From Candidatus Binatia bacterium (GTDB lineage Bacteria > Desulfobacterota > Binatia > Bin18): DNA of 32,000 bases. The notes beneath the pieces are model-generated. The model was given only the letters and a program-made list of their open reading frames with translations, was not told where the DNA came from and searched no databases. How positions within the stretch are numbered: the stretch's first letter is position 1; every line of letters starts with the position of its first letter. Made by a program: the position numbers and the translations under genes. The stretch is taken from assembly GCA_022826945.1 (NCBI GenBank), contig JAJDTY010000023.1, positions 115,390-147,389 of the forward strand, given 5' to 3'. Shown here piece after piece: positions 21,838-31,280 of this stretch.

Positions 21838-24171
21838 ATGCCGGAGACGCAGGAACGTCCATCCCAACCGTCATCGCTGCCGGCCGCAAACGGAGTGCAG
21901 CCGGTCGGTGTCCGTCTCTCGGCGACTGAAGATAAAAGCCGGCTTCAGCGGAAAAAGCTGGTTGATAAGGCCGCGACTATTCTGATCACCTTTGGTGGCT
22001 TTGCCGTTATTCTGAGTATTGCCGCCATTCTTTTTGTGATCGTGGCCGAAACCGTACCCCTCTGGAAGGCGCCAACCGCGGAGCTTGAGACCCCGCCAAT
22101 TCCGCTGACCGACTTGGTCGGCAGCGGACCCCATGCGGACGTCCTGGCGCTGGGCATCGATGAATATCGAGAAATCGCCTACACCATTACCCAGGCGGGA
22201 ACGGTTGATTTTCTCTCCCTCGCGGACAACCAACTCCTCCAGCGCTATGAGATCCAAGCTCTACAGGGGCGACAGATCACCGCAGTGCACTATCGCAACC
22301 TGACGCATACTGCTGTGCTCGGAACCGCCGACGGTGTTGTCATTCCCCTGACGATCTCCTTCCCGGTCTCGTTTGAGGGTAAGACCCGGATCAGCACGCC
22401 CAAAGTCACGGAAGACGAGGCAATCGTCCTCGACCCACAAGGCCGCGCTATTGAGGCGCTGACCTACCAGAGCACCAGTGAAGACGAGGAGAAGATGACA
22501 CTGGCCGCCCTGCTCGGTCCACGCACCCTCCTCTTCCTGTCTCGAACAGTCGAAGAATCATTCCTAGGTGAGTCTCAGGTGTTGGAACACCGCGCAGAGC
22601 TCTCAGCCGCACTGGGTGTGAACGTGACGGCGTTGACGTTAGATGCGGAACAGCGGAACCTGTTTGCCGCATTGGAAACCGGTGAAGTGATCCATTGGGA
22701 TATCCGCGACGCCGCTACACCCCAGATCAAGCCGCGCTTGCGGAGTCAAGAGCGGGCTCCCGTCCGGGCAATGGCCTGGTTGATTGGCGACCGCTCTCTC
22801 GTCATGGGCGATGACGCCGGGGGTGTGAGCGTCTGGTTTCAGGTGCGCGACCAGGATAATCCGGTCGAACTCCCCTTTCGTGAAATTCATGTGATGCAGT
22901 CCCACGACGCAGCCATCACGACCATCTCCCCTTCTCCGCGGAATAAAGGCTTTGTGACCGGTGATACCAGCGGCACGGTCCGTATCCAGTATTCAACAAC
23001 CGAAACTACCATGTTGAGCCGCGACACAGCCAGCAACTCGATTATGCAGCTCGCCTATGCCCCACGGACAAATGGTATCGTTGCCCTCAATCAAGAAGGC
23101 CAACTGTACAACTGGGCGGTTGACAACCCTCATCCCGAGATCACTCTCTCGGCCCTGTTCGGAAAGATCTGGTATGAGGGCTATGACGCTCCGGACTATA
23201 CCTGGCAGTCCAGCAGTGGAACGGACGACTTTGAACCGAAATTCAGCCTTTCTCCACTGGCCTACGGAACCTTAAAAGGAACATTTTACGCCCTGCTGTT
23301 AGCTATTCCCCTCAGCCTATGTGGTGCGCTGTACACCTCGCAGTTCATGCATCCGCGGCTGCGCAATCTCGTCAAGCCCTCGGTTGAGGTGATGGCCGCC
23401 TTACCCAGCGTCGTGCTCGGCTTTTTCGCCGGTCTGTGGCTGGCACCCTTGGTGGCCGACATGGTGCCAGCTCTATTGTTGATGTTCATCGTGCTGCCCC
23501 TGGTGACCCTGGGCGCGTCATGTGTCTGGCGGCTGCTACCCCTTGGCTTTCGCAGTAGCCTGAAACCGGGTGTAGAACTCCTGTTCCTGGTCCCACTGAT
23601 CATGCTCGCCATCTACATTTGTGTCGTGCTGAACAATCCGCTGGAGGCCGCCTTTTTCGCTGGTGATTTTCCCCAATGGCTGTACGACACCTCCGGGGTT
23701 CGGTATGACCCCCGCAACTCGCTGATTGTGGGCTTTGCCATGGGCTTTGCTGTCATCCCCATTATCTACACCATTTGCGAGGACGCTTTTTCCAACGTTC
23801 CTCAGCATCTGATTTCAGGGTCGTTAGCGCTGGGAGCGACGCGGTGGCAAACGGCCCTGCGGGTCGTGCTGCCAACGGCCAGCCCCGGTGTATTCTCGGC
23901 CATCATGATCGGCTTTGGACGGGCGGTCGGGGAAACCATGATTGTCCTCATGGCCACCGGTAATACGCCCGTCATGGACTTTGATCCCTTTACCGGCTTC
24001 CGCGCCTTATCGGCGAATATCGCTGTGGAAATCCCGGAAGCACCCCACGGCGGGACGCTCTACCGTATCCTCTTCCTGGCTGCTTTGTTGCTCTTTATTC
24101 TAACGTTTCTGGTCAATACCGCGGCGGAAGTCGTCCGCCAGCGCTTACGAGATCGCTATGGCCGCATCTAA
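21838..24171 (+). CDS. pstC: Phosphate ABC transporter permease PstC, long form with a ~400-aa extracytoplasmic insert
   Basis: 777 aa. One N-terminal TM helix, then a large soluble region with repeated beta-propeller-like motifs, then a C-terminal permease core with GATRWQTALRVVLPTASPG (EAA loop). Confidence 0.85.
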   Translation: MPETQERPSQPSSLPAANGVQPVGVRLSATEDKSRLQRKKLVDKAATILITFGGFAVILSIAAILFVIVAETVPLWKAPTAELETPPIPLTDLVGSGPHADVLALGIDEYREIAYTITQAGTVDFLSLADNQLLQRYEIQALQGRQITAVHYRNLTHTAVLGTADGVVIPLTISFPVSFEGKTRISTPKVTEDEAIVLDPQGRAIEALTYQSTSEDEEKMTLAALLGPRTLLFLSRTVEESFLGESQVLEHRAELSAALGVNVTALTLDAEQRNLFAALETGEVIHWDIRDAATPQIKPRLRSQERAPVRAMAWLIGDRSLVMGDDAGGVSVWFQVRDQDNPVELPFREIHVMQSHDAAITTISPSPRNKGFVTGDTSGTVRIQYSTTETTMLSRDTASNSIMQLAYAPRTNGIVALNQEGQLYNWAVDNPHPEITLSALFGKIWYEGYDAPDYTWQSSSGTDDFEPKFSLSPLAYGTLKGTFYALLLAIPLSLCGALYTSQFMHPRLRNLVKPSVEVMAALPSVVLGFFAGLWLAPLVADMVPALLLMFIVLPLVTLGASCVWRLLPLGFRSSLKPGVELLFLVPLIMLAIYICVVLNNPLEAAFFAGDFPQWLYDTSGVRYDPRNSLIVGFAMGFAVIPIIYTICEDAFSNVPQHLISGSLALGATRWQTALRVVLPTASPGVFSAIMIGFGRAVGETMIVLMATGNTPVMDFDPFTGFRALSANIAVEIPEAPHGGTLYRILFLAALLLFILTFLVNTAAEVVRQRLRDRYGRI

Positions 24172-25840
24172 TTCTTCGGCGCCCGCAGCGTCGCACGTAT
24201 CGAGGGGGGGTATGTTCAAAGGCTTTCTACGCAGCGGTGACCCGTTCATCTGGCTGACAGGGGGAACCCTGGCTTTCAGTCTGCTCATGATCGCTGCCTT
24301 AATCTGGATCGTGGGGGCCAACGCACTTGGGTTCTTTTGGCCCGACCAACTCAGGGCCGTTGACCTTCAGGGCGGGCAAAAGCTCCTGGGGTCGGTCCGT
24401 GCCCAAGAGGTCATTCCGCAGTCGGTCGGCGACGGCCAGGAACAGTACCGGACGCAGTTCCAGGTCGCCAACCGTGACCTGTACGGTTCCGATTTTCGCT
24501 GGGTGGATGACAGCCTGATGACCGGGCATGCGTTTCCGGAGCAGGCGATTTATTTGGAACGGTATGAATGGGGTCCGTTTTTTGGCTTTCTCACCACGGT
24601 GCGACAGGACGGCGAAATCGTAGCCGAGGGCTTTGACCAGGCTTGGCCAAAATTCCTCGAACTCCATGCCAGGACCCAAGCTACGCTCGATAATATCCAC
24701 ATCATCGAAAAGAAAGACATCGGGGATATTAACTACGAGCTCGAACAACTGCGTATTGAGGTCAAGCGGACGCAACGCAAGGAGACTGACCCGACCCGGG
24801 CCGCCGGAAAAATCGCCGTTCTTGAGGAGGATATGGCCTCCTGGCGACAGGCCTATGAGGAAAAGGCCCAGGAACTCACCGCGTTATACCAGGAAAATTC
24901 GCGCTATCACATTACTGTGCAGGACATTAACGGCAAAGAAAAAGAGCTGGCGATTGCCGGCGTGGTGCGCGGCTTTCTGCCCAATAATATGAACCGGCTT
25001 GAACGCTTCGGCCTGTATGTCGCGCGCTTCTGGGAATTCTTTTGGGAAGACCCGCGCGAGGCAAACACTGAGGGCGGCGTGTTCCCCGCCATTTTTGGGA
25101 CGGTCATGATGGTCATCATCATGAGCATTGTGGTGGTCCCTTTTGGCGTGGTCGCCGCCCTGTATCTGCGCGAGTATGCCAAGCAGGGTCCCCTGGTTCG
25201 CGCCGTTCGGATTGCGGTCAACAACCTCGCCGGTGTGCCCTCGATTGTGTTTGGCGTTTTTGGCCTTGGATTTTTTGTGTATGCGATCGGCGGAACGCTG
25301 GACCAGCTCTTCTATCAGGATTCTCTCCCTACCCCGACCTACGGTACCGGCGGGATTCTGTGGGCCTCGTTGACCTTAGCCTTGCTGACCGTCCCGGTGG
25401 TCATTGTGGCTACCGAAGAATCGTTGTCCGCCATCCCAATAGAGTGGCGGGAGGGCTCATTAGCGCTTGGCGCGACCAAGTGGGAGACCCTGCGAAAAAT
25501 CGTTATTCCCGGCGCGCTGCCAGGCATCTTGACAGGGACTATTCTGGCTATGGCCCGCGGTGCCGGGGAAGTCGCTCCGCTGATGATCACCGGTGTTGTC
25601 AAACTGGCCCCGACCTTACCCGTTGACGGCCACTGGCCGTTCTTTCACCTGGAACGGAAATTTATGCATCTGGGGTTTCATATTTACGATGTCGGTTTTC
25701 AGTCGCCGAACGTCGAGGCGGCCAAGCCCATGGTCTTCATGACGACCCTGCTGTTGATTGTGATCGTCATCGCCTTGAACCTGGCTGCGATTGCGATTCG
25801 GAACCGTTTACGCAGCCGCTTACGCTTTGGCGCCTTTTAA
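24158..25840 (+). CDS. pstA: Phosphate ABC transporter permease PstA, long form
   Basis: 560 aa. One TM helix, a ~270-aa soluble insert with a coiled-coil-like stretch, and a permease core with [20 protein letters not shown]. Overlaps pstC by 14 nt (alternative ATG 24212). Confidence 0.85.
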   Translation: MAASNSSAPAASHVSRGGMFKGFLRSGDPFIWLTGGTLAFSLLMIAALIWIVGANALGFFWPDQLRAVDLQGGQKLLGSVRAQEVIPQSVGDGQEQYRTQFQVANRDLYGSDFRWVDDSLMTGHAFPEQAIYLERYEWGPFFGFLTTVRQDGEIVAEGFDQAWPKFLELHARTQATLDNIHIIEKKDIGDINYELEQLRIEVKRTQRKETDPTRAAGKIAVLEEDMASWRQAYEEKAQELTALYQENSRYHITVQDINGKEKELAIAGVVRGFLPNNMNRLERFGLYVARFWEFFWEDPREANTEGGVFPAIFGTVMMVIIMSIVVVPFGVVAALYLREYAKQGPLVRAVRIAVNNLAGVPSIVFGVFGLGFFVYAIGGTLDQLFYQDSLPTPTYGTGGILWASLTLALLTVPVVIVATEESLSAIPIEWREGSLALGATKWETLRKIVIPGALPGILTGTILAMARGAGEVAPLMITGVVKLAPTLPVDGHWPFFHLERKFMHLGFHIYDVGFQSPNVEAAKPMVFMTTLLLIVIVIALNLAAIAIRNRLRSRLRFGAF

Positions 25841-25853
25841 AGGGAGAGTGAGT

Positions 25854-26711
25854 ATGGAAAGCCAGGGAAAATCTCCAGTCGGCCATGCCGTGACCTTGCC
25901 GCCACGATCGGCTTCGGGCAACGGCCATGACCCCACGGCACTCGGCACGCGTGACACCGTAGAAATCGAAATCCGGGACGTCTGCCTCAGCTACGACGGC
26001 AGGACCCAGACCCTCAAGCATATCGATATGGATATTGCCAGGGGCCAGGTAACGGCCTTCATTGGTCCGTCGGGCTGTGGCAAGTCCACCCTGCTACGCT
26101 GCCTGAACCGTCTGAACGACCTGATCGATGGCTGTACGACCAGCGGTAGTATTATCGTGGGCGGTATCCAAATCCTCGATCCTACGCTTGACGTCACCGA
26201 ACTGCGCAAACGGGTTGGTATGGTGTTCCAAAAGCCAAACCCCTTTCCCAAAACGATCTATGAAAATGTCGCCTACGGGCCGCGCGTACTCGGTATTCAC
26301 AATAAGGCGCAGCTTGATGATATTGTCGAGAAGAGCCTGCGTAGCGCCGCCCTCTGGGAAGAAGCCAAGGATCGGCTGCATGACAATGCGCTGGGTTTAT
26401 CCGGTGGCCAGCATCAACGCCTGTGCATTGCCCGGACCATTGCGGTTGAGCCGGAAGTCGTCCTGATGGATGAGCCCTGCTCCGCTCTGGACCCGATTGC
26501 CACGACAAAAATTGAAGAACTTATTCATGAGCTGAAAAAGCAGTATACGATTGTTATCGTCACCCATAATATGCAGCAGGCCGCACGAGTCTCGGATTTC
26601 ACCGCTTTTCTGTATTTGGGTGAGTTGATAGAGTTCGGAAAGACCGAAAAATTGTTTACCACCCCGGAAAAACAGGCAACCGAAGACTATATTACCGGCC
26701 GATTCGGCTAG
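25854..26711 (+). CDS. pstB: Phosphate ABC transporter ATP-binding protein
   Basis: ATG 25854 with AGGGAGAG upstream. GPSGCGKST (Walker A), [25 protein letters not shown]. Confidence 0.9.
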   Translation: MESQGKSPVGHAVTLPPRSASGNGHDPTALGTRDTVEIEIRDVCLSYDGRTQTLKHIDMDIARGQVTAFIGPSGCGKSTLLRCLNRLNDLIDGCTTSGSIIVGGIQILDPTLDVTELRKRVGMVFQKPNPFPKTIYENVAYGPRVLGIHNKAQLDDIVEKSLRSAALWEEAKDRLHDNALGLSGGQHQRLCIARTIAVEPEVVLMDEPCSALDPIATTKIEELIHELKKQYTIVIVTHNMQQAARVSDFTAFLYLGELIEFGKTEKLFTTPEKQATEDYITGRFG

Positions 26712-26724
26712 AAGCGGAGGCCTT

Positions 26725-27480
26725 ATGCCACTTCATACGGATAGCCAGTACGAAGAAGAACTTCAGCAGCTTCGGGCCAAGGTGTTGGAAATGGGCGGAC
26801 TGGTTGAAAAGCAAATCGGGGACGCCTTTACCTCGTTCGTCGAGCGCGACTCGCAGACCGCCCACGAGGTCATAGAGCGTGACCATATGGTCAACTATCT
26901 TGATGTTGCCATTGATGAAGCCTGTATCCGCCTGCTCGCCCTGCATCAGCCGGCCGCTCGGGATTTGCGCTTTATTACCACCAGTCTGCGAATTTCCACC
27001 GACCTTGAGCGCATCGGCGATATTGCCGAGAATATCTGTGAGCGGGCGATCGAACTCAATCAGGAAGCCCCCCTCGCCCCACGGCCGGAATTACCCGAAA
27101 TGGCCGAGGGCGCCCGGGCCATGCTGCGCGACAGCCTCGACGCGTTTTTGCAGTCCTCCTCTGATGTCACTGCCGCCCCCGACACGCGCATCTCCCTCGG
27201 AGATAAACTCAGCGATTTTGTGGCCGAGGCGCCCGACCTCGCCCTGAGTGTATGCCAGCGCGATGACCGGATTGATGATTTAACCGCTCAGATTTTCAAC
27301 ACCATGCTGTCTCAGATGCGGCGGGAACCCGAATACGCCAGCCGCACCATGCGGATATTGTTTATCGCCAAATACCTTGAGCGGGTTGCGGACCACGCCA
27401 CCAATATCGCCGAGATGGTGATCTATCTGGCAAAGGGCAAGAGTATACGCCACATCTCGCCCTTACCCGAGTCAGTCTAA
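26725..27480 (+). CDS. phoU: Phosphate signalling regulator PhoU
   Basis: 251 aa. Duplicated PhoU repeat with DLERIGD and YLERVADHATNIAE motifs. Confidence 0.9.
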   Translation: MPLHTDSQYEEELQQLRAKVLEMGGLVEKQIGDAFTSFVERDSQTAHEVIERDHMVNYLDVAIDEACIRLLALHQPAARDLRFITTSLRISTDLERIGDIAENICERAIELNQEAPLAPRPELPEMAEGARAMLRDSLDAFLQSSSDVTAAPDTRISLGDKLSDFVAEAPDLALSVCQRDDRIDDLTAQIFNTMLSQMRREPEYASRTMRILFIAKYLERVADHATNIAEMVIYLAKGKSIRHISPLPESV

Positions 27481-27493
27481 AACAGAGGAAGTT

Positions 27494-28294
27494 ATGGCGG
27501 GACAACAGCAGACAGCGGAGGTAGCGGGAAGAGGAAACGCGTCCTCCAATAGACCTGCAGATACTGGACATGCTTCCTCTTTGGCCAAGCGGAAAGTGCT
27601 GATCATTGAAGATGAAAAAGATATCCGCGACCTGGTTCGATACCATCTGGAAACCGAAGGTTTTACCGTTCTCGAAGCGAGTGACGGCGAAGTGAGCCTG
27701 CATCTTGCCGCTACCGAACGGCCGGCGCTTATTATTCTCGACCTCATGCTGCCCGGCCTGTCCGGCCTTGAGGTGTGTCGAACGTTGCGCGCACAGGACA
27801 AGCTGGCCACCGTCCCAATTCTGATGCTGACGGCGCGCGCCTCCGAGGTTGATAAGATCCTGGGTCTCGAAATGGGGGCGGACGATTATATGACCAAGCC
27901 CTTCAGCCCGCGTGAACTCGTCGCTCGGGTCAGGGCGGTCTTGCGTCGGACCTATGGGCCGCCGGCGGATCAGCCGCATCAGATGTATGTCTGTGGTCGG
28001 CTGCAGATCGATTACGATACCTACGAAGTAAGGCTCGATGGCAATCCGCTCGAACTAGGTCTGCGCGAGTTTGAATTGCTTAAATTTTTCGTCCAGTCCC
28101 CGAACCGGGTTTTCAGCCGGACCCAAATCCTTGATCTGGTGTGGGGGCATAACGTCTATATTGAGCCCCGCACGGTCGACGTCCATATCCGCCGTCTGCG
28201 GAAGCGCATCGAACAAGATGACGCCAACCCGAGTCTGCTGCTGACCGTGCGTGGGGTTGGGTATAAATTTAATCCGGAGGCGCTCGAGACCTAA
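27494..28294 (+). CDS. phoB: OmpR-family response regulator PhoB
   Basis: KVLIIEDEKDIRDL...LIILDLMLPGLSG...MLTAR...GADDYMTKPFSPRELVARV plus a winged-helix C-terminus (LTVRGVGYKF). The first ~30 codons are repeat-derived. TTG 27581 (MAKRKVLIIEDE) is an alternative start. Confidence 0.9.
   Translation: MAGQQQTAEVAGRGNASSNRPADTGHASSLAKRKVLIIEDEKDIRDLVRYHLETEGFTVLEASDGEVSLHLAATERPALIILDLMLPGLSGLEVCRTLRAQDKLATVPILMLTARASEVDKILGLEMGADDYMTKPFSPRELVARVRAVLRRTYGPPADQPHQMYVCGRLQIDYDTYEVRLDGNPLELGLREFELLKFFVQSPNRVFSRTQILDLVWGHNVYIEPRTVDVHIRRLRKRIEQDDANPSLLLTVRGVGYKFNPEALET
27529..27582 (+). repeat. Palindromic repeat family X, copy at the 5' end of the phoB ORF
   Basis: AAGAGGAAACGCGTCC-TCCAATAGACCTGCAGATACT-GGACATGCTTCCTCTTT. 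Encodes (G)RGNASSNRPADTGHASS(L). Confidence 0.8.
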
Positions 28295-28329
28295 TCGCGC
28301 AGCTACCGGATACAACACGGCCCGTTCGT

Positions 28330-29865
28330 GTGAGAGATAATATTACCTTTGCCGTTCTGTTTCCGGTCGGCCTCGCTCTGCTGGCCCTGCTCCATCTCCT
28401 TTTGCTCTTTCCCTCGGACGCACGGCCACAGTGGATCTGGTACGGAGCCCTTGTCTGTGGTCTCGGTGCGCTGGGCATTGCATTGCGTCAGCGCACACAG
28501 TTCCGGCGACGTTTGAACGCACTCAGTGCCTTTCTGGAGGTGGTCCCGGATCGCGCCCCGCCACCCGCTCTTCCTGTCCGAAAAAACGACCTGTTGGGTA
28601 CCATTGAATACCAGCTCTCCCGACTCTTCACCACGCAAAGCCAACACCTTCAGCAGCTCCAAGACGAGAAGAAAGAACTTGAAGCCCTGCTCCACAGCAT
28701 GGCGGAAGGCATTGTCGTCATTGATCCGCATGGCAACATCGTACGCTGTAACCCGGCCGCGTTGCGCCTGTTTGGTTTGGACCCCACGGAAGACTGGCAG
28801 GGCCGGCCCTTTCAGGAATTTTCCCGCCACCCGGTTCTACACCAGCTTTTGTCCACCGAATCGGCTGAGGGCGTTACCAAGGAAATCGAAGTTGAGGACC
28901 GGGAGCCACGACAGCTCGCCGTAAGCGTCTTGCGTCTGCCCCAGAGCGGAGGATACGGGACGCCTCAGGAAAGTCAGCCGACAACCGGCGGACATGTATT
29001 AAGCTGTCACGATCTGACCCCGATCAAACAGCTCGAATCCATCCGGGCCGACTTTGTAGCCAATGTGTCGCACGAACTCCGCACCCCGCTCACCGCGATC
29101 AAAGGCTATGCGGAAACCCTGCTCACGGGTGCCCTCCACGACCCCGAGCACGCGACCCGCTTCCTCACGATTATTGACCGGCACTCGGAGCGCCTCAGCC
29201 GCCTCATTGACGACCTGCTGACTTTATCCAACCTGGAATTGGGGCAGACCGAGCTTCACCGGAAGGAACTCCATATTCCTGAACTCGTCCAGGAAGCGTT
29301 TGATATGCTACAGGAGAAGGCCCAGCGGGGGCAGGTCATCCTCTCTCAACATACCCCGTCCGCCCTCCCCACTGTGAGGGGAGACCGGGACCGCCTGCAT
29401 CAAGTCCTGATCAACCTGATCGACAATGCGGTCAAATATACGCCCGCCCAGGGCCGGGTCTCGGTCACCGCGGAACTGCACACCGCGCGCGACGGCACAG
29501 GAGAGCCACTGGCATGGTGGGGACATTCCGCTTCGGCGGAGTACGCTCGTGAGGCGCGTGATGCCAGTGCCCTTGATGTCACGGGCAACGGCGCTCAGGA
29601 CTGGCTGGAGATTGCCATAGCCGATACCGGCTGTGGTATCCCGGAGGCCGATATTCCGCGTCTGACCCAACGTTTTTATCGGGTGGATAAAGCCCGTTCC
29701 CGCGAGCTGGGGGGAACGGGCTTGGGGCTGGCCATTGTCAAACATATTGTGATGGCCCATAACGGCGCACTTCGGATCGAGAGTCAGGTCAATCACGGAA
29801 CCATAGTGCGGGTCGCCCTGCCGTTGACGCTCCCTTCGTCGGAGCACACTGCCCAGACTTCTTAG
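28330..29865 (+). CDS. phoR: Phosphate sensor histidine kinase PhoR
   Basis: GTG start. Two N-terminal TM helices, a PAS-like region, HisKA FVANVSHELRTPLTAIKGY, and HATPase_c DTGCGIP...GGTGLGLAIVKHIV. Overlaps the cca stop by 4 nt (convergent). Confidence 0.9.
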   Translation: MRDNITFAVLFPVGLALLALLHLLLLFPSDARPQWIWYGALVCGLGALGIALRQRTQFRRRLNALSAFLEVVPDRAPPPALPVRKNDLLGTIEYQLSRLFTTQSQHLQQLQDEKKELEALLHSMAEGIVVIDPHGNIVRCNPAALRLFGLDPTEDWQGRPFQEFSRHPVLHQLLSTESAEGVTKEIEVEDREPRQLAVSVLRLPQSGGYGTPQESQPTTGGHVLSCHDLTPIKQLESIRADFVANVSHELRTPLTAIKGYAETLLTGALHDPEHATRFLTIIDRHSERLSRLIDDLLTLSNLELGQTELHRKELHIPELVQEAFDMLQEKAQRGQVILSQHTPSALPTVRGDRDRLHQVLINLIDNAVKYTPAQGRVSVTAELHTARDGTGEPLAWWGHSASAEYAREARDASALDVTGNGAQDWLEIAIADTGCGIPEADIPRLTQRFYRVDKARSRELGGTGLGLAIVKHIVMAHNGALRIESQVNHGTIVRVALPLTLPSSEHTAQTS

Positions 29866-31184
29866 GGCTGCTGCCAGTTTTGGTGCACCCAGGAGAGCGC
29901 GGCCTGTCGGGTGCGCACCCGGCCTTCGAGCTGGGCCTCCTCCAGCGCTCTCAGGATGGTGGAGAACTGCGGACCAGGCTGAAATCCGAGCTGGATCAGG
30001 TCCCGGCCATTCAACAGCCGGGGCGGACGCAGTTCCTCAGGGTCGAGCGCGAGCAGTTTTTGACGGCAGAAGGTATACGCCTCAAGATTGCCGTGCGACG
30101 CCAGGGCGTCCAGGCGGGCGAGGTCCAGCAGCTCTCCAATACCGTCGAGGCGTAGAAAGCGCTTGAGCGTTGCTGCTCGCATGCGGGGTGCGTCCAGCAG
30201 CCGCAGGTGGTTTTTGACGAGAAAGGCCACCCGCTCCCAGGTTGCGCGTGAGCGTTTCAGACGCTGACAGATATCGATCGCCATCTCCGCACCGGACTCG
30301 CAGTGGCCGTGAAAGGTGATGCGCTCTCCGGCCCGCTGCTGGCAGTGGGGCTTGGCGATGTCATGGAGCAGCGCGCCCAAAGCCAGGCTCTCGTTCGGCT
30401 GCTCAAGGGCATCGAGCTGGTGCAGAACTAATAGTGTGTGAACAAATACATCGCCCTCGGGATGAAAATCGGGCGACTGCGCCACCCCGCGTAGCGCCAG
30501 GACTTCGGGCAGTACGGTCGCCAGCAGGCCCGAGTCCGCCAATAGCTCCATCCCTGAGCGTGCGCCGCCCTCGGTCAGGAGTTTCACCACCTCGTCGCCG
30601 ATGCGCTCCCAGGCCATGTCGGTCAGCGTCGAAGCGATTTGGCCAATGGCGCGCCAGGTCTCGGGCTCGATAGCGAAGCCTAACCGGGCAGCGAAGCGGA
30701 CGGCCCGCATCAGGCGTATGCGATCTTCGTGAAAGCGGGCGGCCGGCTCTCCAATGGCCCGAATGATTCGGTTGTTCAGGTCCGCCTGCCCGCCCACATA
30801 ATCGATGACCGTGTCGGTCAGTGGGTCAAAGAATATGCCGTTAATCGTGAAATCACGTCTTAGCGCGTCCTCCCGGGCGGTGCTGAAGCAGACCGCTACC
30901 GGGTGACGACCGTCGTTATAGGCCCCATCCGCCCGAAACGTCGCCACCTCATAGGGAACGCCCTCCAGGACGACGAGGACCACCCCGAACTGCGCCCCGA
31001 CCGGAATCGTCTGCGGAAATATCTTCTGGACCTCGGCGGTCCGGGCATCCGTGGCGATATCGAAGTCTTTGGCCTGAATGCTCAGCAGGCGATCTCGCAC
31101 GCAGCCGCCGGCAAAATAGGCCGTATAGCCATGCCGGTGCAGCGTCTGCACAATCGTCCTGGCCTGTTCCTCCCGCTGGCTCAT
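29862..31184 (-). CDS. cca: CCA-adding tRNA nucleotidyltransferase / poly(A) polymerase family with an HD domain
   Basis: Start placed at ATG 31184: MSQREEQARTIVQTLHRHGYTAYFAGGCVRDRLL...DFDIAT...; RDFTINGIF; HD region FHPEGDVFVHT...LLHDIAKP. The upstream 245 codons of the track ORF are antisense to murF. Confidence 0.85.
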   Translation of the reverse strand: MSQREEQARTIVQTLHRHGYTAYFAGGCVRDRLLSIQAKDFDIATDARTAEVQKIFPQTIPVGAQFGVVLVVLEGVPYEVATFRADGAYNDGRHPVAVCFSTAREDALRRDFTINGIFFDPLTDTVIDYVGGQADLNNRIIRAIGEPAARFHEDRIRLMRAVRFAARLGFAIEPETWRAIGQIASTLTDMAWERIGDEVVKLLTEGGARSGMELLADSGLLATVLPEVLALRGVAQSPDFHPEGDVFVHTLLVLHQLDALEQPNESLALGALLHDIAKPHCQQRAGERITFHGHCESGAEMAIDICQRLKRSRATWERVAFLVKNHLRLLDAPRMRAATLKRFLRLDGIGELLDLARLDALASHGNLEAYTFCRQKLLALDPEELRPPRLLNGRDLIQLGFQPGPQFSTILRALEEAQLEGRVRTRQAALSWVHQNWQQP

Positions 31185-31280
31185 ACGCGTATGGTGACAC
31201 GCCGCGCCTGGGAGAGCAATGGAACGCAGTGACCCTGGACGCTTGCGACGCCTAGGCCGCCTCGATAGAGTTGGCCCATT

